Positions 43,411-56,740 of a stretch of 64,000 nt of DNA are shown piece by piece. The first letter of the stretch is position 1; each line of letters starts with the position of its first letter. Under the pieces are notes generated by a model. The model searched no databases, had not been told where the DNA came from, and saw only the letters and a program-made list of their open reading frames with translations. The stretch comes from the human T2T-CHM13v2.0 reference genome, Homo sapiens: NCBI RefSeq assembly GCF_009914755.1, contig NC_060929.1; one strand, given 5' to 3'. The position numbers and the translations under genes are program-made.

Positions 43411-43715
43411 GGCCAGGCATGATGGCTCACACCTGTAATCCTAGCATTTTGGGAGGCCGAGGTGGGCGGATTGTCTGAGCTCGGGAGTTCAAGACCAGCC
43501 TGGGCATCATGGTGAAATCCCGTCTCGAGTAAAATACAAAAAATTAGCCCTGCGTGGTGACTTTGCCTGTAGTCCCAGATACTCAGGAGCCTGAGGCAGG
43601 AGAATCGCTTGAATCGAGAGGCGGAAGTTGCCGTGAGCCGAGATCTCGCTACTGCACTCCAGTCTGGGCGACAGAGTGAGATTCTGTCTCAAAAACAAAA
43701 ACAAAAACAAAAAAC
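43411..43715 (+). mobile_element. AluS with (AAAAC)n tail
   Basis: GGCCAGGCATGATGGCTCACACCTGTAATCC through a dimeric body. Inserted next to an A14 run. Confidence 0.95.
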
Positions 43716-44679
43716 ATAACGTCCATAGAGTTGTGACAGTCTTCCCTCAAATGGCCATGGGAAGCTCAGTTCACCTGCTGTTTGCGTTAGACGAAAATAA
43801 GGGTGCTCTGTGAGCTTTGTTAGTTCTGGGGTTCCTATGGCTAGCTCCTAAAATATGCATGAGGCCTGTATACACATTTGCAACTTGGAATTACCATTTT
43901 TATTAAGTCTCAGGGTTAAAAAAATAAGTAATCATTACATGAAATGGGTGTTTCTTTTGGCAAAATAAAAATCTGAAAGATACTAAAATTACACAGTTCA
44001 TTTCAACCAGATGCTGGTGAGTCCTTCCTCAGAAATCCGGTCCTTGCACTGCCTGGGAATACAAACAGATGCTCTGTGGCACTTCATTATTGGATTGCGA
44101 GCACATTGATGTTTCATAAAGGGCATTGTAGAGTAATGTTTGCCATGCTCCATGCCAATTGCGGGCTGAGATTGCTACAGCATCATGGAACAGATGGAAG
44201 TTAAAGTCGTAGCTAAGCTCCAGTCTCCATTTCTTTTGATGAAGAGCTCCAAAGATAGCTTTAAGTGAACTTTCAAAGGTAACTTTCTGGGCTTCTAAAA
44301 TGCATAAAATTTATGGAGGGTATTGCACTAAAGCATGAGAAATACTTAGGTACGCCTCTTATTTGTCATCTTTTGGGGACTAGACTATGTGCAGGCTTAT
44401 TGGTAAAGCTCTTTTCTAAATAATGTGTTTGTGCACCCTTGGTTTAGCTATCATTTCTGAGACTATCCCCATTTTCCTCACCTCCATGAAAGGGAAAGTT
44501 TACTGGAAGGTTGCAGCAGGTGGAGGTGGCTGTGTGCAAGCCTGTGGCATTCTGCTAGCAGGGTGCTGCTTGCAGTCTCACTTAGCAACTAGAGTAATGG
44601 GTAGATATGGCATTAGGGGAGATAAAAAGAGAATAATTTATTTTCATGAAACTCTCAACCTCATTGAACTGAAGAGCCC

Positions 44680-44890
44680 ACACAGCAGTGCTTAAGAACC
44701 TGTGGGTTAGAACTTGTCAAAATCGGATTTAAAGTCCTGATTCGGATACTCACACCCTCGGCGACCCCTGCAAGTTGCTGGCTATTAATATTTCTGAGCT
44801 TCAGGTTCCGTGTCTACCATTTAATAATAATCCTGACTTGACAGGGTGGTTGAGTGGTTACATGGAAAAACACTTCGAAAACATTGCATG
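44680..44890 (+). mobile_element. MIR
   Basis: CAGCAGTGCTTAAGAAC..TTAGA..GGATTTAAAGTCCTG..CAAGTT..TCTGAGCTTCAG..ATAATAATCCTGAC..AGGGTGGTTG. Confidence 0.6.
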
Positions 44891-45384
44891 GGATGGCTGG
44901 AGACTGTACCTATGGGCTGTCACTGCCGTGCACACACACACGTGTGTGTGTTTTCACAAGCATGCCCAAATATGCATAAAATACCAAATATGACCAAGAA
45001 GATAAATATCTAGTTCTTTACCACAGCTCGCATTTCCTATTTCATACAACTTTTCCTCACAGACAGACAATTTCTTTTGTGAATAGAGTTCTCCTTATTG
45101 GATAAAGAAGCACTATTAGCATACACCAAACACTTCTAATCCACTCATGTTTTAGCCACGCCATGCTTTTGATCCACTTCTATAAAGACCAATGGAAAGG
45201 AATACCTTGGCCCTTATTCCAGTGGGGTTTTTCCCTCTGGCTTAACTGTCAGTGAAAATATCACTTTCAATCTTGCCTGGGATCAGAACCTGGAGCTGTG
45301 ATGTCCACAGCATCCTCCCCTGTGACAGGACGGATATCCATCCCTTTCTCTTAAGTGGAACACTAGTATGTTCAAAAATCAAAA

Positions 45385-45792
45385 GCATAAGGCACAGAAA
45401 GACAAATATCATGTGTTCTCACTTACGTGTGCAAGCCCAAAATTGTAATCTCATGGACGCAGAGAGTAGAATGACAGGCCCCAGTGGGTCTGCTGAGAAG
45501 CAGGTGTGTGGGGAGGGTTGGTGAATGAGAGCAAACCTGCAGTCAGAGAGAAGGAATGAGGTCTGTTCCGCAGTACAGGAGGTGACTCTACAGTTAACGA
45601 CAATGTATTGTATATTCCAGAATAGCTAGAAGAAAATATTTGAAATGTTCCTAACACAAATAAATGATAAATGCTGGAGGTGATGGAGACTCTAAATACT
45701 CTGTCATCATCACTACACATTCCACACATGCATCAAAACAGCCTGTCCCTCCCCCCCGCGAATCTGTGCAAACACTATGCTTCAATACAAAC
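45385..45792 (+). mobile_element. L1MA 3' end fragment
   Basis: GGCACAGAAAGACAAATATCATGTGTTCTCACTTA, AGAGAGTAGAATG, CAATGTATTGTATATTCCAGAATAGCTAGAAGA and GAGGTGATGGA. Confidence 0.85.
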
Positions 45793-46399
45793 TACAAAAC
45801 AATCCCATCTGGGAACAGGTGAGTGATGTCTGTCTTGGCATTGGAATGTCTGGTTCGGGAGGACAGTGGCTGGGGAAGGAGACCTGTGATTGAGCTTCTG
45901 GCCCAAAGAAAGGGACCACAGTGTCTGGGGAAGAGACGGAGGGGCTCCTGTCCAATGGTGTCCTCCATCCTAACCTGTCCCTTTTGTTTCCATGTCAAGG
46001 AACTGAGATGGAATGACCCCACCTGTCAGTTCACTGGAACTGCCATGCCCTGATATTGACGTGAAAGGGGTATGCTAATGTCCCAATGAGAAATACTTCG
46101 ACATTCTGACTGAAGCTCCCCTGTGGCAGGACAGATAGCCAAGACTATGCTGAGATTGCTTAGAAATGTGCTTTTCTAGAACATAGATTTTGTCATCAAG
46201 TTGCATGATTATCCAGTAATCATATGTATTATTTTAATAACTAAAATGGTTTCTCCCTGCTCCTGCCAAGTTTACTTCATGAGTGTAAACAGCATGAGCC
46301 GGAGGGTTAAACTGGGATTTTCCGTCAACTATGGTCTTTAGTATTGTGCACTAAATATAGAAGTTCAATGAAAGTTTTGTTGAATTGAATTACTAACTC

Positions 46400-46700
46400 A
46401 ATTTATATCAGTATACATATATCAGTATGTTTATGCCAATACCCATGTCTGTATCTATATCTATAGTTCTGTATGTATCAATATCTATACCTATCTATAT
46501 CAATATCTTTATAATATAATTATCTACGTCAAATCAATACCTGTATATCTATATCTATACATAAATGTATCTCTGTCTACACGTATCCTTATCAGTACAT
46601 CAGCACCAATATCTATGCCAATATACTATACTTGCCTGTATCTGCATCGGTATATTTATCAATATCTGTACCAGTGTAAATATCTACATGATCTATACCT
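46400..46700. repeat. Degenerate (TATATC/TCTATA)n hexamer tract
   Basis: e.g. GTATCTATATCTATAG, CAATATCTATACCTATCTATATCAATATC. Grades into the adjacent CACATC array. Confidence 0.75.
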
Positions 46701-48295
46701 CCACCCACGTCCACACTCACATCCACATCCACATACACTTCCACATTCACATTCACACTCACACCCACACTCACATCCACATCAACATCCACATCCACAC
46801 CCACATCCACATCCATATCCACATCCACACCCACATCCACATCCATACCCACATCCACACCCACACACTCACATCCACACTGACATCCAGACTCACATCC
46901 ACACCCACACTCACATCCACACCCACACTCACATCCACACTCACATCCACATCTACATCCACACCCACACTCACATCCACACTCACATCCACACCCACAT
47001 CCACACTCACATCCACATCCACACCCACATCCACACTCACATCCCCACTCACACTCACATCCACACTCACATCCAGACTCACATTCACACCCACACTCAC
47101 ATCCACATCCACACTTACTTCCACACTCACATCCACATCCACATCCACACTCACATCCAAATCCACACTCCCATTCACATCCACACTCATATCCACACAC
47201 ACTCACACTCACATCCAGGCTCACATCCACACCCACACTCACATCCACATCCACGTCCACACTTACATCCACATCCAACTCACATCCACATTCACATCCA
47301 TATGCATATCCACACTCACATCCGTATTCCACACTCATATTCACACTCACATCCATAGCCACACCCACACTCACATCTACACACTTCACACCCACAGTCA
47401 CATCCACATCCACACTCACATCCAAATCCACAATCCCATTCACATCCACACTCACTCACATCCACACTCACACTCACACTCACATCCGGGCTCACATCCA
47501 CACCCACACTCACATCCACATCCACACTTACTTCCACACTCACATCCACATCCACACTCACATCCAAATCCACACTCCCATTCACATCCACACTCATATC
47601 CACACACTCACACTCACACTCACATCCAGGCTCACATCCACACCCACACTCACATCCACATCCACGTCCACACTTACATCCACATCCAACTCACATCCAC
47701 ATTCACATCCATATGCATATCCACACTCACATCCGTATTCCACACTCACATTCACACTCACATCCATAGCCACACCCACACTCACATCTACATCCACACT
47801 TCACACCCACAGTCACATCCACATCCACACTCACATCCAAATCCACAATCCCATTCACATCCACACTCACATCCACACTCACACTCACATCCGGGCTCAC
47901 ATCCACACCCACACTCACATCCACATCCACACTCACATCCACATCCACACTCACATCCACTCCCACATTCACATCCACATCCACATCCACATCCACACTC
48001 ACGCTCACATCCACATCTACACTCACATCCACACTCACATCCACATCCACACTCACATCTACTCCCACATTCACATCCACATCCACACTCACACTCACAT
48101 CCACGTCCACAGTCACATCCACACTCACATCCACATCCACACTGTCATCCATATCTACACCCACATCCACATCCACCCTCAAATCCACATCCACACTCAC
48201 ATCCACATTCACATTCACATCCACATTCACACTCACATCCCCAACCACATCCACACTGACAATCACATCCACATCCTCACTCACATCCACATCTC
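46700..48295. repeat. 1.6-kb (CACATC/CACACT/CACACC)n array with an internal ~410-bp duplication
   Basis: Nearly G-free + strand. Rare markers recur about 411 bp apart: CCAGGC (GG at 47218 and 47629) and TATGCATAT (47301 and 47712). Confidence 0.97.
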
Positions 48296-50161
48296 TACCT
48301 CTCTATGCAGTGGCTTCATGAACTTGATGTTTGTAAAAGTCATACCCAAGGAAAGGGCTACTAATTCCTGTTTAACAATTGGCCTTTTAAGAGATAATTT
48401 TCTTCTTCACATTGGTTTCGAGAAAAATAGTCTGCATTAGAGGCACAGGATTTTAGAGACAAGAAAATAGTCATTCCAGTGACTACGTCCACAAACTATT
48501 GGAGAAATGTGTTTTATCCATGTACATGTATTTGGAATGAGGACCTAAGGGTATGTTGTTATCTCAGCCATCGAGCCATGCCTGGCCTTGTCCCTAGCTT
48601 GCAGCGCTATCCATGGTCAGTAGGTCACTGCTGCTCACTCCTTGTGCCCAGCCGCCCAGCTCTGGTATTAACAACACCTCCGTGTGTATCAGGGGCTGGG
48701 AGCTCTGCATCTTCGCTATGCTACAGAGCTTCAAAATGCAATCAAAAGGAAAAGCAAACTCCAGGAAACACTGAGACACTTTTAGAGTTTCTCTGGGAAT
48801 TTTACTTGGTGAAATCACTTGCAACCGTCTACTAGAAACCTCCCCTGGGAGTGTTAATGCCATTTTTTCCTCTCTTCCCCTCAATGGAAATCAGGGATCA
48901 ATCCTCGGAGCCCTTCATTACTTGACGTGGGAACCCAGGTGTGAGCATGATTAGCGGCGTTTAGGTGGAGCGCTTTCTGGGACAAGGTTGCATTAGTCCG
49001 CCAGGCCGTCAAACCGGGTGCTCCTCCCATGCTTTTTCAGGCAGAAAATCTCTTAAATTGAATAATTGTCATTTTCCAGCCCTCAGTGAGGCCAGAAATC
49101 ACTAGAAATCTCATTTAAACTTTCCCTCCTCGTTCTCAAGCAAATTTACAACAGCGGCCAGTACTTTTGCAAGATCGCTGGAGAGAATTCATCATCAGAA
49201 TAGAGGTATTTTTCTCCATTGTTGAGCCAACTACCTTCCATAAATTTTTTCATCATTTCACCCATCTTATTATGACCTTCCTTGGATAAAAAAGCCCAGC
49301 TCTAACTCTTTCTTTCTGCCGGCAGTGCCTCCCTGTGTATGATATGGTTAATATTGATTATAAATCACAATCAACTCTGCAAGTCCCGCCCATCTCCCTG
49401 GACTCCCCTTGCCCACCCCCTACAGAAACTATTCTCTGCCCTTCACCTGCTGTGAAATGCTGTTTTGAATATTTCTCCTTTAAAATGGAATCGCCACTTC
49501 CAACTGTATTTATCTAGATTGCAAGACCATCACGATGACTTCACGTCAGTGCCAGCATATGCAGCCGTGGAATACAGTGAGCGCTCTCTGCGGCTGACAG
49601 CAATAGCGGTGATCTAATTTACCCGGCGACTGGAAGAAACTCTTTGTACAGGCTCTGGGTCCCTTTGGATTAGTGACTTCAAGGTCAACTGGAGGAGAAA
49701 GGAAGCAGGGCTGAGGGTCACCCTCTCCTGTCTCATTTGCATGCTCTTGAATATATGATTTTAAGAAACATGCGTTTTTGATCTGCAATGTAAAAATTCC
49801 TCAATGATTTTTTGTACAGATGTGCAGAATACAGGAATGAAATAAAATATTGAGAATTTGTGGCCTCACTTTTTTTTTTTCAAGCTTTCTACAGTGATGT
49901 TAAATTCAACTTTGACCACTTGGGTTTTTAACGTTACTTTAAAAATCCCAGTCTCAATTAGCTCCTCCAAGGCTGATGTGACTGTAGGCACATTATTCCC
50001 GAGGCTAAAGATATAGTCATTTTCCCATCTAGTTGACTTTAGCGTAAAAATACAATTGAATCATAAGCAACGGAATTGTATCTATTCAACTCTTTTCTTT
50101 CTCAACTAGAGTTAATAATGCTAGGTTTTACTCCTTCCTCCTAAATAACATAAAATATACG

Positions 50162-50613
50162 TTTCATGCGCGTCCGTGTGAAGAGACCACCAAACGGGCT
50201 TTGTGTGAGCAATAAAAGCTTTTAATCACCTGGGTGCAGGTGGGCTGAGTCCAAAAAGAGAGTCAGTGAAAAGAGATAGGGGTGGGGCCATTTTATAGGA
50301 TTTGGGTAGGTAAAGGAAAATTACAGTCAAAGGGGGTTTGTTCTCTGGCGGGCAGGAATGGGGGTCGCAAGGTGCTCAGTGGGGGAGCTTTTTGAGCCAG
50401 GATGAGCCAGGAAAAGGACTTTCACAAGGTAATGTCATCAGTTAAGGCAAGGACCAGCCATTTACACTTCTTTTGTGGTGGAATGTCATCAGTTAAGGCG
50501 GGGCAGGGCATTTTCACTTCTTTTGTGATTCTTCAGTTACTTCAGGCCATCTGGGCATATACGTGCAAGTCACAGGGGATGCGATGGCTTGGCTTGGGCT
50601 CAGAGGCCTGACA
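50162..50613 (-). mobile_element. LTR7 (HERV-H) solo LTR, full length
   Basis: Reverse complement starts TGTCAGGCCTCTGAGCCCAAGCCAAGCCATCGCATCCCCTGTGAC and ends CACACGGACGCGCATGAAA. No PBS or internal sequence. 5-bp TSD ATACG (50157-50161) / ATATG (50614-50618). Confidence 0.97.
50279..50297 (-). promoter_or_regulatory. LTR7 core promoter: TATA box and CACCC (KLF) box, firing leftward
   Basis: TTTTATA at 50291-50297 reads TATAAAA on the minus strand. GGGGTGGGG at 50279-50287 reads CCCCACCCC. Confidence 0.6.
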
Positions 50614-50942
50614 ATATGAAATTGAAATTAGCACATCTCCAGGATGATTAGGTCTTGAGTGGATTTTATTAAATTTACTCACATGCTGTTCACTTTTTCT
50701 TAACCAGAGAGTGTGTGTGGAACTAGGCTTCTTTTCTTTCCTATTTCTTATAGTAATAGAGAGAAGCTTTTTTGTTGTTGTTATTCAGTAACAAACCAAA
50801 AACAACAAATAAAGCCATGGAAAGCAATGTGAAATAAAAAGAAAGCAATGATTATAGCATTATTAAAATTGAGAAGAATGATAAAGAGCTTTAACTGACA
50901 CTTTATATCATGCTGTGCTCTCTGCTAAGAGCTCCTTACACA

Positions 50943-51522
<580 letters not shown>

Positions 51523-52533
51523 TCCTTTTTTAAGAACTCCTCTCACAGACCTGGTCATGGCTGGTAATCCCTCTGCAATGCGGAGGAAGGGAGGGTCTTT
51601 TTGTTTCAAATGTAGATGAAGCTCTGCCAATGTCTGTGGAAGAAGAAAAGCATCCTACAAGACGATGGGGGCGCCCACCAGAGGAGGAAAAGCAAACATC
51701 GGGTCCGGCACAAGACAAACGGGCATTTTCTGGGACGGTGACGGGACTGGGAAGTGCAGTTGGGGGTTGGGGGCAGGACACAGGAGAGGATGTTTGGGAA
51801 GATGGACAGGTCCGTTCAGCCTCCAGGTGTGGAGCCTGGAGCATCAATGGGCACCAATGGGGACGGGACGCTCAGCGTGGGTTCCTGCAACCGTGCATGT
51901 CCTAGTCCTGGCACATGCCCCAGTACTGGGACCCTTACCAGGCATGGGGAGCCCAACAAAGTGCGCTGGAGAAGCCTCACTCAGGAGCTTCAGTCATGGA
52001 GCAGCCAATACCAGTACTTCAGGCAGCCGCCATGGGTTTAAAGAAATAAAAATAGGAGACATCAGGCATTTGGAAGAGAGAATTGGGAAGATGTGTTTGC
52101 CAAGCAACCGTGAGCATGAGGAAAGCATGGCACAAGGGGCCACGGCTGCAGTTCTCATCAGGGCCTGTGCAGACACTTCTAGTTCAGGGGACAGAGGTGG
52201 TGGTAGTGGAGGGACGACCAGGAACCACAACAGAGGCTTCCTTATGCCCTTTTGCCTCAAAACAAAAACAAAGCAAAATAAGCAAGCAAAATGCTTTCTC
52301 AAGGCAAAAACTGCCTCTAATCAATAAGCACCTCCCTTTTTCTGGATTTCCAGGGAACAAATCTGAAAGTCCCGAGGCCTGTTAGGAAAGGCGGCAATGC
52401 CACCTGGGCTTGCTTGTTTCTCTGGCTAAGATTTATGACTGCCTAGCGGAGGGGCTATGAGATCCACGTAAATGTCCTCTTCTGGCAGTTTTGATGAGGG
52501 AAAGCATTCTTTGAGCTTTGGGTAAAATTGTGC

Positions 52534-52650
52534 AGATCATAGTATTTTAGAATGGGGTAGTCACCTTGTGGGTCATCCAGGCCAACTGTGCTAGGTGCAG
52601 TCACAGAGAAGGTAAGTGTCCATGTGGCAGTGGGACTCAGAGCTGGCTCT
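52534..52650 (-). mobile_element. MIR3-like fragment
   Basis: ATCATAGTATTTTAGAATGGGG..ACCTTGTGGGTCATCCAGGCCAAC. Confidence 0.5.
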
Positions 52651-53509
52651 GCAGCTGAAGCCTCAAGCCCCTTCAAGAGCTGACCATGATGCTGGGGTTG
52701 GTTCATTCCCACCAGTTCTAAGGGTAAATGCTGCATTTTCCTGCAATGAATGTGACTTTAATCCAGGCATCTGTGCTGCAGTCTATCGAGATAATTACTT
52801 TCAGGTCAATTGCGGCAGACCTAAGCTTCTGAGAAGGTTCTGGAACTTACAACAAAGGAAAGATTGTCTGAGCCTCCCAGGCTTGGGCCCGGGGTGACAG
52901 GCAACCATCTCCTGCCTCTGGAGTGGATGTGTTGGGTGGAAGGTTGGCAGATGAGACCTGCTTCCTCAACCGATATGCTCGTACCCCTGGTTGGAAGGAC
53001 CTTCAGCAAAGTGGCTAGCTCTGGCCAGCCCATCCTGCTGTTTAAACTCTTCTTAAGGCCATCAAGTCTCAGGGAAAGGCTGAAGACCTTTATTGGCTAC
53101 AGAACCTTTGAGGATCTGATGAAACATTTACACACGTTCCAGGGCTCACAGGTGGCTTGAAGTCCACTAGTCTCCTCTTCTAGCTCCTTGACAGAGAGTG
53201 CAAAGGCCACTTGTCTTTTCAGGCATGCAATTTCCCCCTATATAAAATAAAGCTTTTGCTTCAAGTGACTGTGAAGGACTGTCCCACTCACCATAACATG
53301 GTTCTAAGGGGAAGTCTCAGCTCGGCTTTCCACATCTCTCTGAGAACTGACACTCAGAATGTATTTTGGAGCTCAGTTCTCCTATGGAGAGCCTAATAAG
53401 CAAACAACTGTGTAATGAAAAAGGTGACTATTTTTGTAAGTACAGATCTATGCTGCGACATCTCACCCACATAAATTGCAGGCAACCATGGGAGATTTAG
53501 TACCTCCAA

Positions 53510-53757
53510 GTAGGAAGGTAGGCCGTGTGGTAGAGTGAGTCTGGTTCAAAAAGGCTGGCTCTGAATTTACCAGCTTTGTAAACTTAGACAAGTTACTCAC
53601 CCTCTCTGAGCCTTGTTTCCTCCTTTATAAACTAGAGAATAGAATCTTCCAGGGTCATTGTGAGGAATAACAGAGAAACTGCATGGGAAATACATAGTGC
53701 CTTGCATGGCACTTACTAACCCCCCAATAAATACTAGATGTGATGATGATGATGATG
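53510..53757 (+). mobile_element. MIR, near full length, with a (GAT)n tail
   Basis: ACTTAGACAAGTTACTCACCCTCTCTGAGCCTTGTTTCCTCCTTTATAAA..GGGTCATTGTGAGGAATAA..TGGCAC..CAATAAATA. Confidence 0.8.
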
Positions 53758-55869
53758 AAGCTGCTACAATCATGATTTTTCATAGAAGAAACAACTGTAC
53801 TCAATATACTTTTTAGGAAGAAAATGAGAGTCTGCAAACGTTAACATAGTGTAGTGAAAGGGGTTTCAGATTTCAGAGAGACTTGAGAGGGGTGGGAATG
53901 GCTATGGGCTGAAAACAGCAGGGCTTGCACCTCACTTTATTTTCTGTGAGTGACAGACTGGACGCAACCAGAGAGTGTGACCTCAAAGGTCGGCCTGGAG
54001 ACAACAGCATTGTTGGAAGAGAATGTGAAAAATAGCTTAAGAAGAGAATCAGAAAGGCACACATGGGGCTCTTACATTTGGGTCAGCAAATGTTTTAAAA
54101 TTGTGGGTATGTTAAACATGAGGCTAAAGGTAATTTTAATTTTGCTATTATTTCAGGTAAAAAAAATGATAAAAGTGGAACAACACCATCTTGTTAAAAG
54201 TAAAAAATAAGCTTAATGTTTTCTCTAAAAGTGAGGTGCCAAAATGTCATTGAACATGAACAGTTAATCTGCTCTCTTAACCAGAATGCTTTGCCTGTTG
54301 TCACTACAACACCGAGAGCTCATGTGTCCTTCAATGATTCAATGAAGACCTTACATTCTATCTTAATGAGTACATTAAAATTCTTAAAATCGGAACATGA
54401 ACCAATGATATATAAAATAGATTAAATCATATGCATTTATTGTTTAGCATTCTTTCCATTAATTGTAAGCTTTAAGATCATGTCCAGATTCCAAAGGAAA
54501 AAAAAATTGTCAATGTTATTGTCCTGATGGATTCTTTCAAATGCAAATTTTCCAGGTCGTGTGGCCGTATGTGTGTTAATGTTCACCTGTGAAAATAAAC
54601 AGATCTAAAGTGGTGTAGGTGTTGGCAGTAGCCATCACCTCTATTGTACATGCAAAGCACCAGCGTCTTGCAGTTCTTCATATGAGCAATTTCCTGCTGC
54701 ATTTCTTGATATTTTGCAGAAGTTTTCAATAAACAATATAAATGAAAGATAAATGGTGCAAATGAAGAAAATTTCTGGCTATTCAGTAGCACTAAACATG
54801 TCATCCTTTTTATAATGCCATGGTTTGGGGATTTCATTGTAAATACACAATTATATTGAAATGAGGAGTGAAGTTTCTTCTTCTTCTGTTTAAAGTGGAA
54901 AATCAATGCGATCAGTATTTTAAATTACACATTGTTTAAGAAACAAGTAAATTACTGACTGTTTCATTGGGTTTCTAAATGGCCCTGAATGTGCCGGGTG
55001 AGCAAAAGTGGCTTAGGCAAGATTAGAGGGGATTTCTGTGACAGGGAAAGATGCTATTTGTAATTATGTATTTTAACTTGCCTGGGTATAAAAACATCTG
55101 ATTACCTCATACTTAGCAAGGAAGCATTTCCTTGGCTGTTTTGTTCAAAGTAAACATACTTAAAATACATTGCATGGCTGAAAATGAAACTCTACAACTG
55201 AATCTTGAAGACTGAGTGGGACTGAGTAAGCTGAGTAAAAAATTGGGAGAAAATTCCCTGGAAGTAAAACATATACTTGTAACAAAGCATATAAAGTATA
55301 CAATTTCTCATCTATAAAGCTACATACACTCTTTTATACTAAGTGAAAAAGAATATGTATTTTTTTCCTAATAGGATTTGGTAATTCTGTTAATATGTTT
55401 TTGTTCTTAACATGACATGGGGGAAAGTAATTCTGATTACATTTTTTAATAAGGAAATTTGGGATGACTATTTTAAGATAAAAGTTTACAATTAGGAGAC
55501 ATTCCATCCATGAAAAAAATATAGACTATTCAAATTATTGAGAATACAAGGAAAATACAGCCCAGTTTTTGGGAGTTCTGCTCCCAAAGAGTGAGGTATT
55601 CTCCTTCCACTCTGGGGAACCCCAGCTGGGGCCTAACTCCAGCCACAGTGAGCCTCTCAGTGTGAGCATTGATTCACATGGGTAAAACAGAGATGCAAAA
55701 GTAAAAATTGTTGTTCTTTCATGGAGATTATTATGTCAGAATCTGCAATTTCTTCTCATGTTTTCTTCAGTTTCTTTCAGCATGTATATTCTCTTTAACA
55801 ATGCTGAAACCCTGCATGTTCTCCCTGAACTACGCGTAAATCAACAATGACCTCATTCTTGTTGGCTTC

Positions 55870-56740
55870 AGTGTCCGTGTGCATAATCCACCGCCTTTGT
55901 TTCTCCTTTATTTTCCAGCCTCTGATAATCTGATTCTCTGTTCACCTCAGCATTCCTGATAAAGACATTATCCATCCACTTTTCTAGAAGATCCTCAGGT
56001 GGCCACATGCCAACATGTCTCTAACACCACTCCAGCCTTCTGGCTGCTAGAGCCTTCCCTGGCTTTGCTCCTAGAGCCCCCCAGGACTCTGTCCACTTGT
56101 GCCTTCTGTAGAGAGGGTTGCCCTGACCATCATGTCTAGCCACCACCGTGCGATTTTCTACCTGTAACTCTGCTTTATTTTCGTTCATAGAACATATGAG
56201 GAAGCACTCGACCTCCAATCCCACGTCTGTTGCTCTCTGTATTAGTCTGTTATCATGCTGCTAATAAAGACATACCTGAGACTGGGTAATTTTTAAAGAA
56301 AAAGAAGTTGAATGGACTCACAGTTTCACATGGCTGGGGAGGCCTCACAATCATGGTGGAAGGCAAAGGAAGAGCAAAGGCATGTCTTACATGGCAGCAG
56401 GCAAAAGAGCGTGTGCAGGGGAACTGCCCTTTATAAAACCATCAGATCTTCTGAGACTTATTCACTACCACAAGAACAGTAAGGGAAACCACCTCCATTA
56501 TTCAATGATCTCCACTTGGCCCCACCCTTGACATGTGGGGATTATTACAATTCAAGGGGAGACTTGGGTTGGGTTACAGCCAAACCATATCACTCTCCCA
56601 GTGTCTTCCTCTAGCAGAAATCCCTGGGGCAGCACCCTTGTCTGCTTGCTCACCACCCATTCCCATTGCATGTCAGCTCCCAGGAAAGGAATGACTGATG
56701 CCAGGGCCTGGCATTGAGCCAGTGATTAACAATGTTCCTT
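55870..56740 (+). mobile_element. L2 3' remnant interrupted by a THE1 LTR
   Basis: L2-like CT-rich sequence on both sides of the LTR, ending CCAGGGCCTGGCATTGAGCCAGTGATTAACAATGTT. Confidence 0.5.
56238..56592 (-). mobile_element. THE1B/THE1C solo LTR
   Basis: TGTATTAGTCTGT..GCTGCTAATAAAGACATACCTGAGACTGGGTAATTT..CAGCCAAACCATATCA. Perfect 5-bp TSD CTCTC at 56233-56237 and 56593-56597. Confidence 0.96.

Noticed and set aside
46565-48259. 564-aa His/Thr/Ser/Pro-rich ORF and the overlapping Val/Asp and Cys/Gly/Glu antisense ORFs
   Set aside because: Translation of a hexamer microsatellite. The G-free strand can barely form stop codons, so the length is not evidence of coding.
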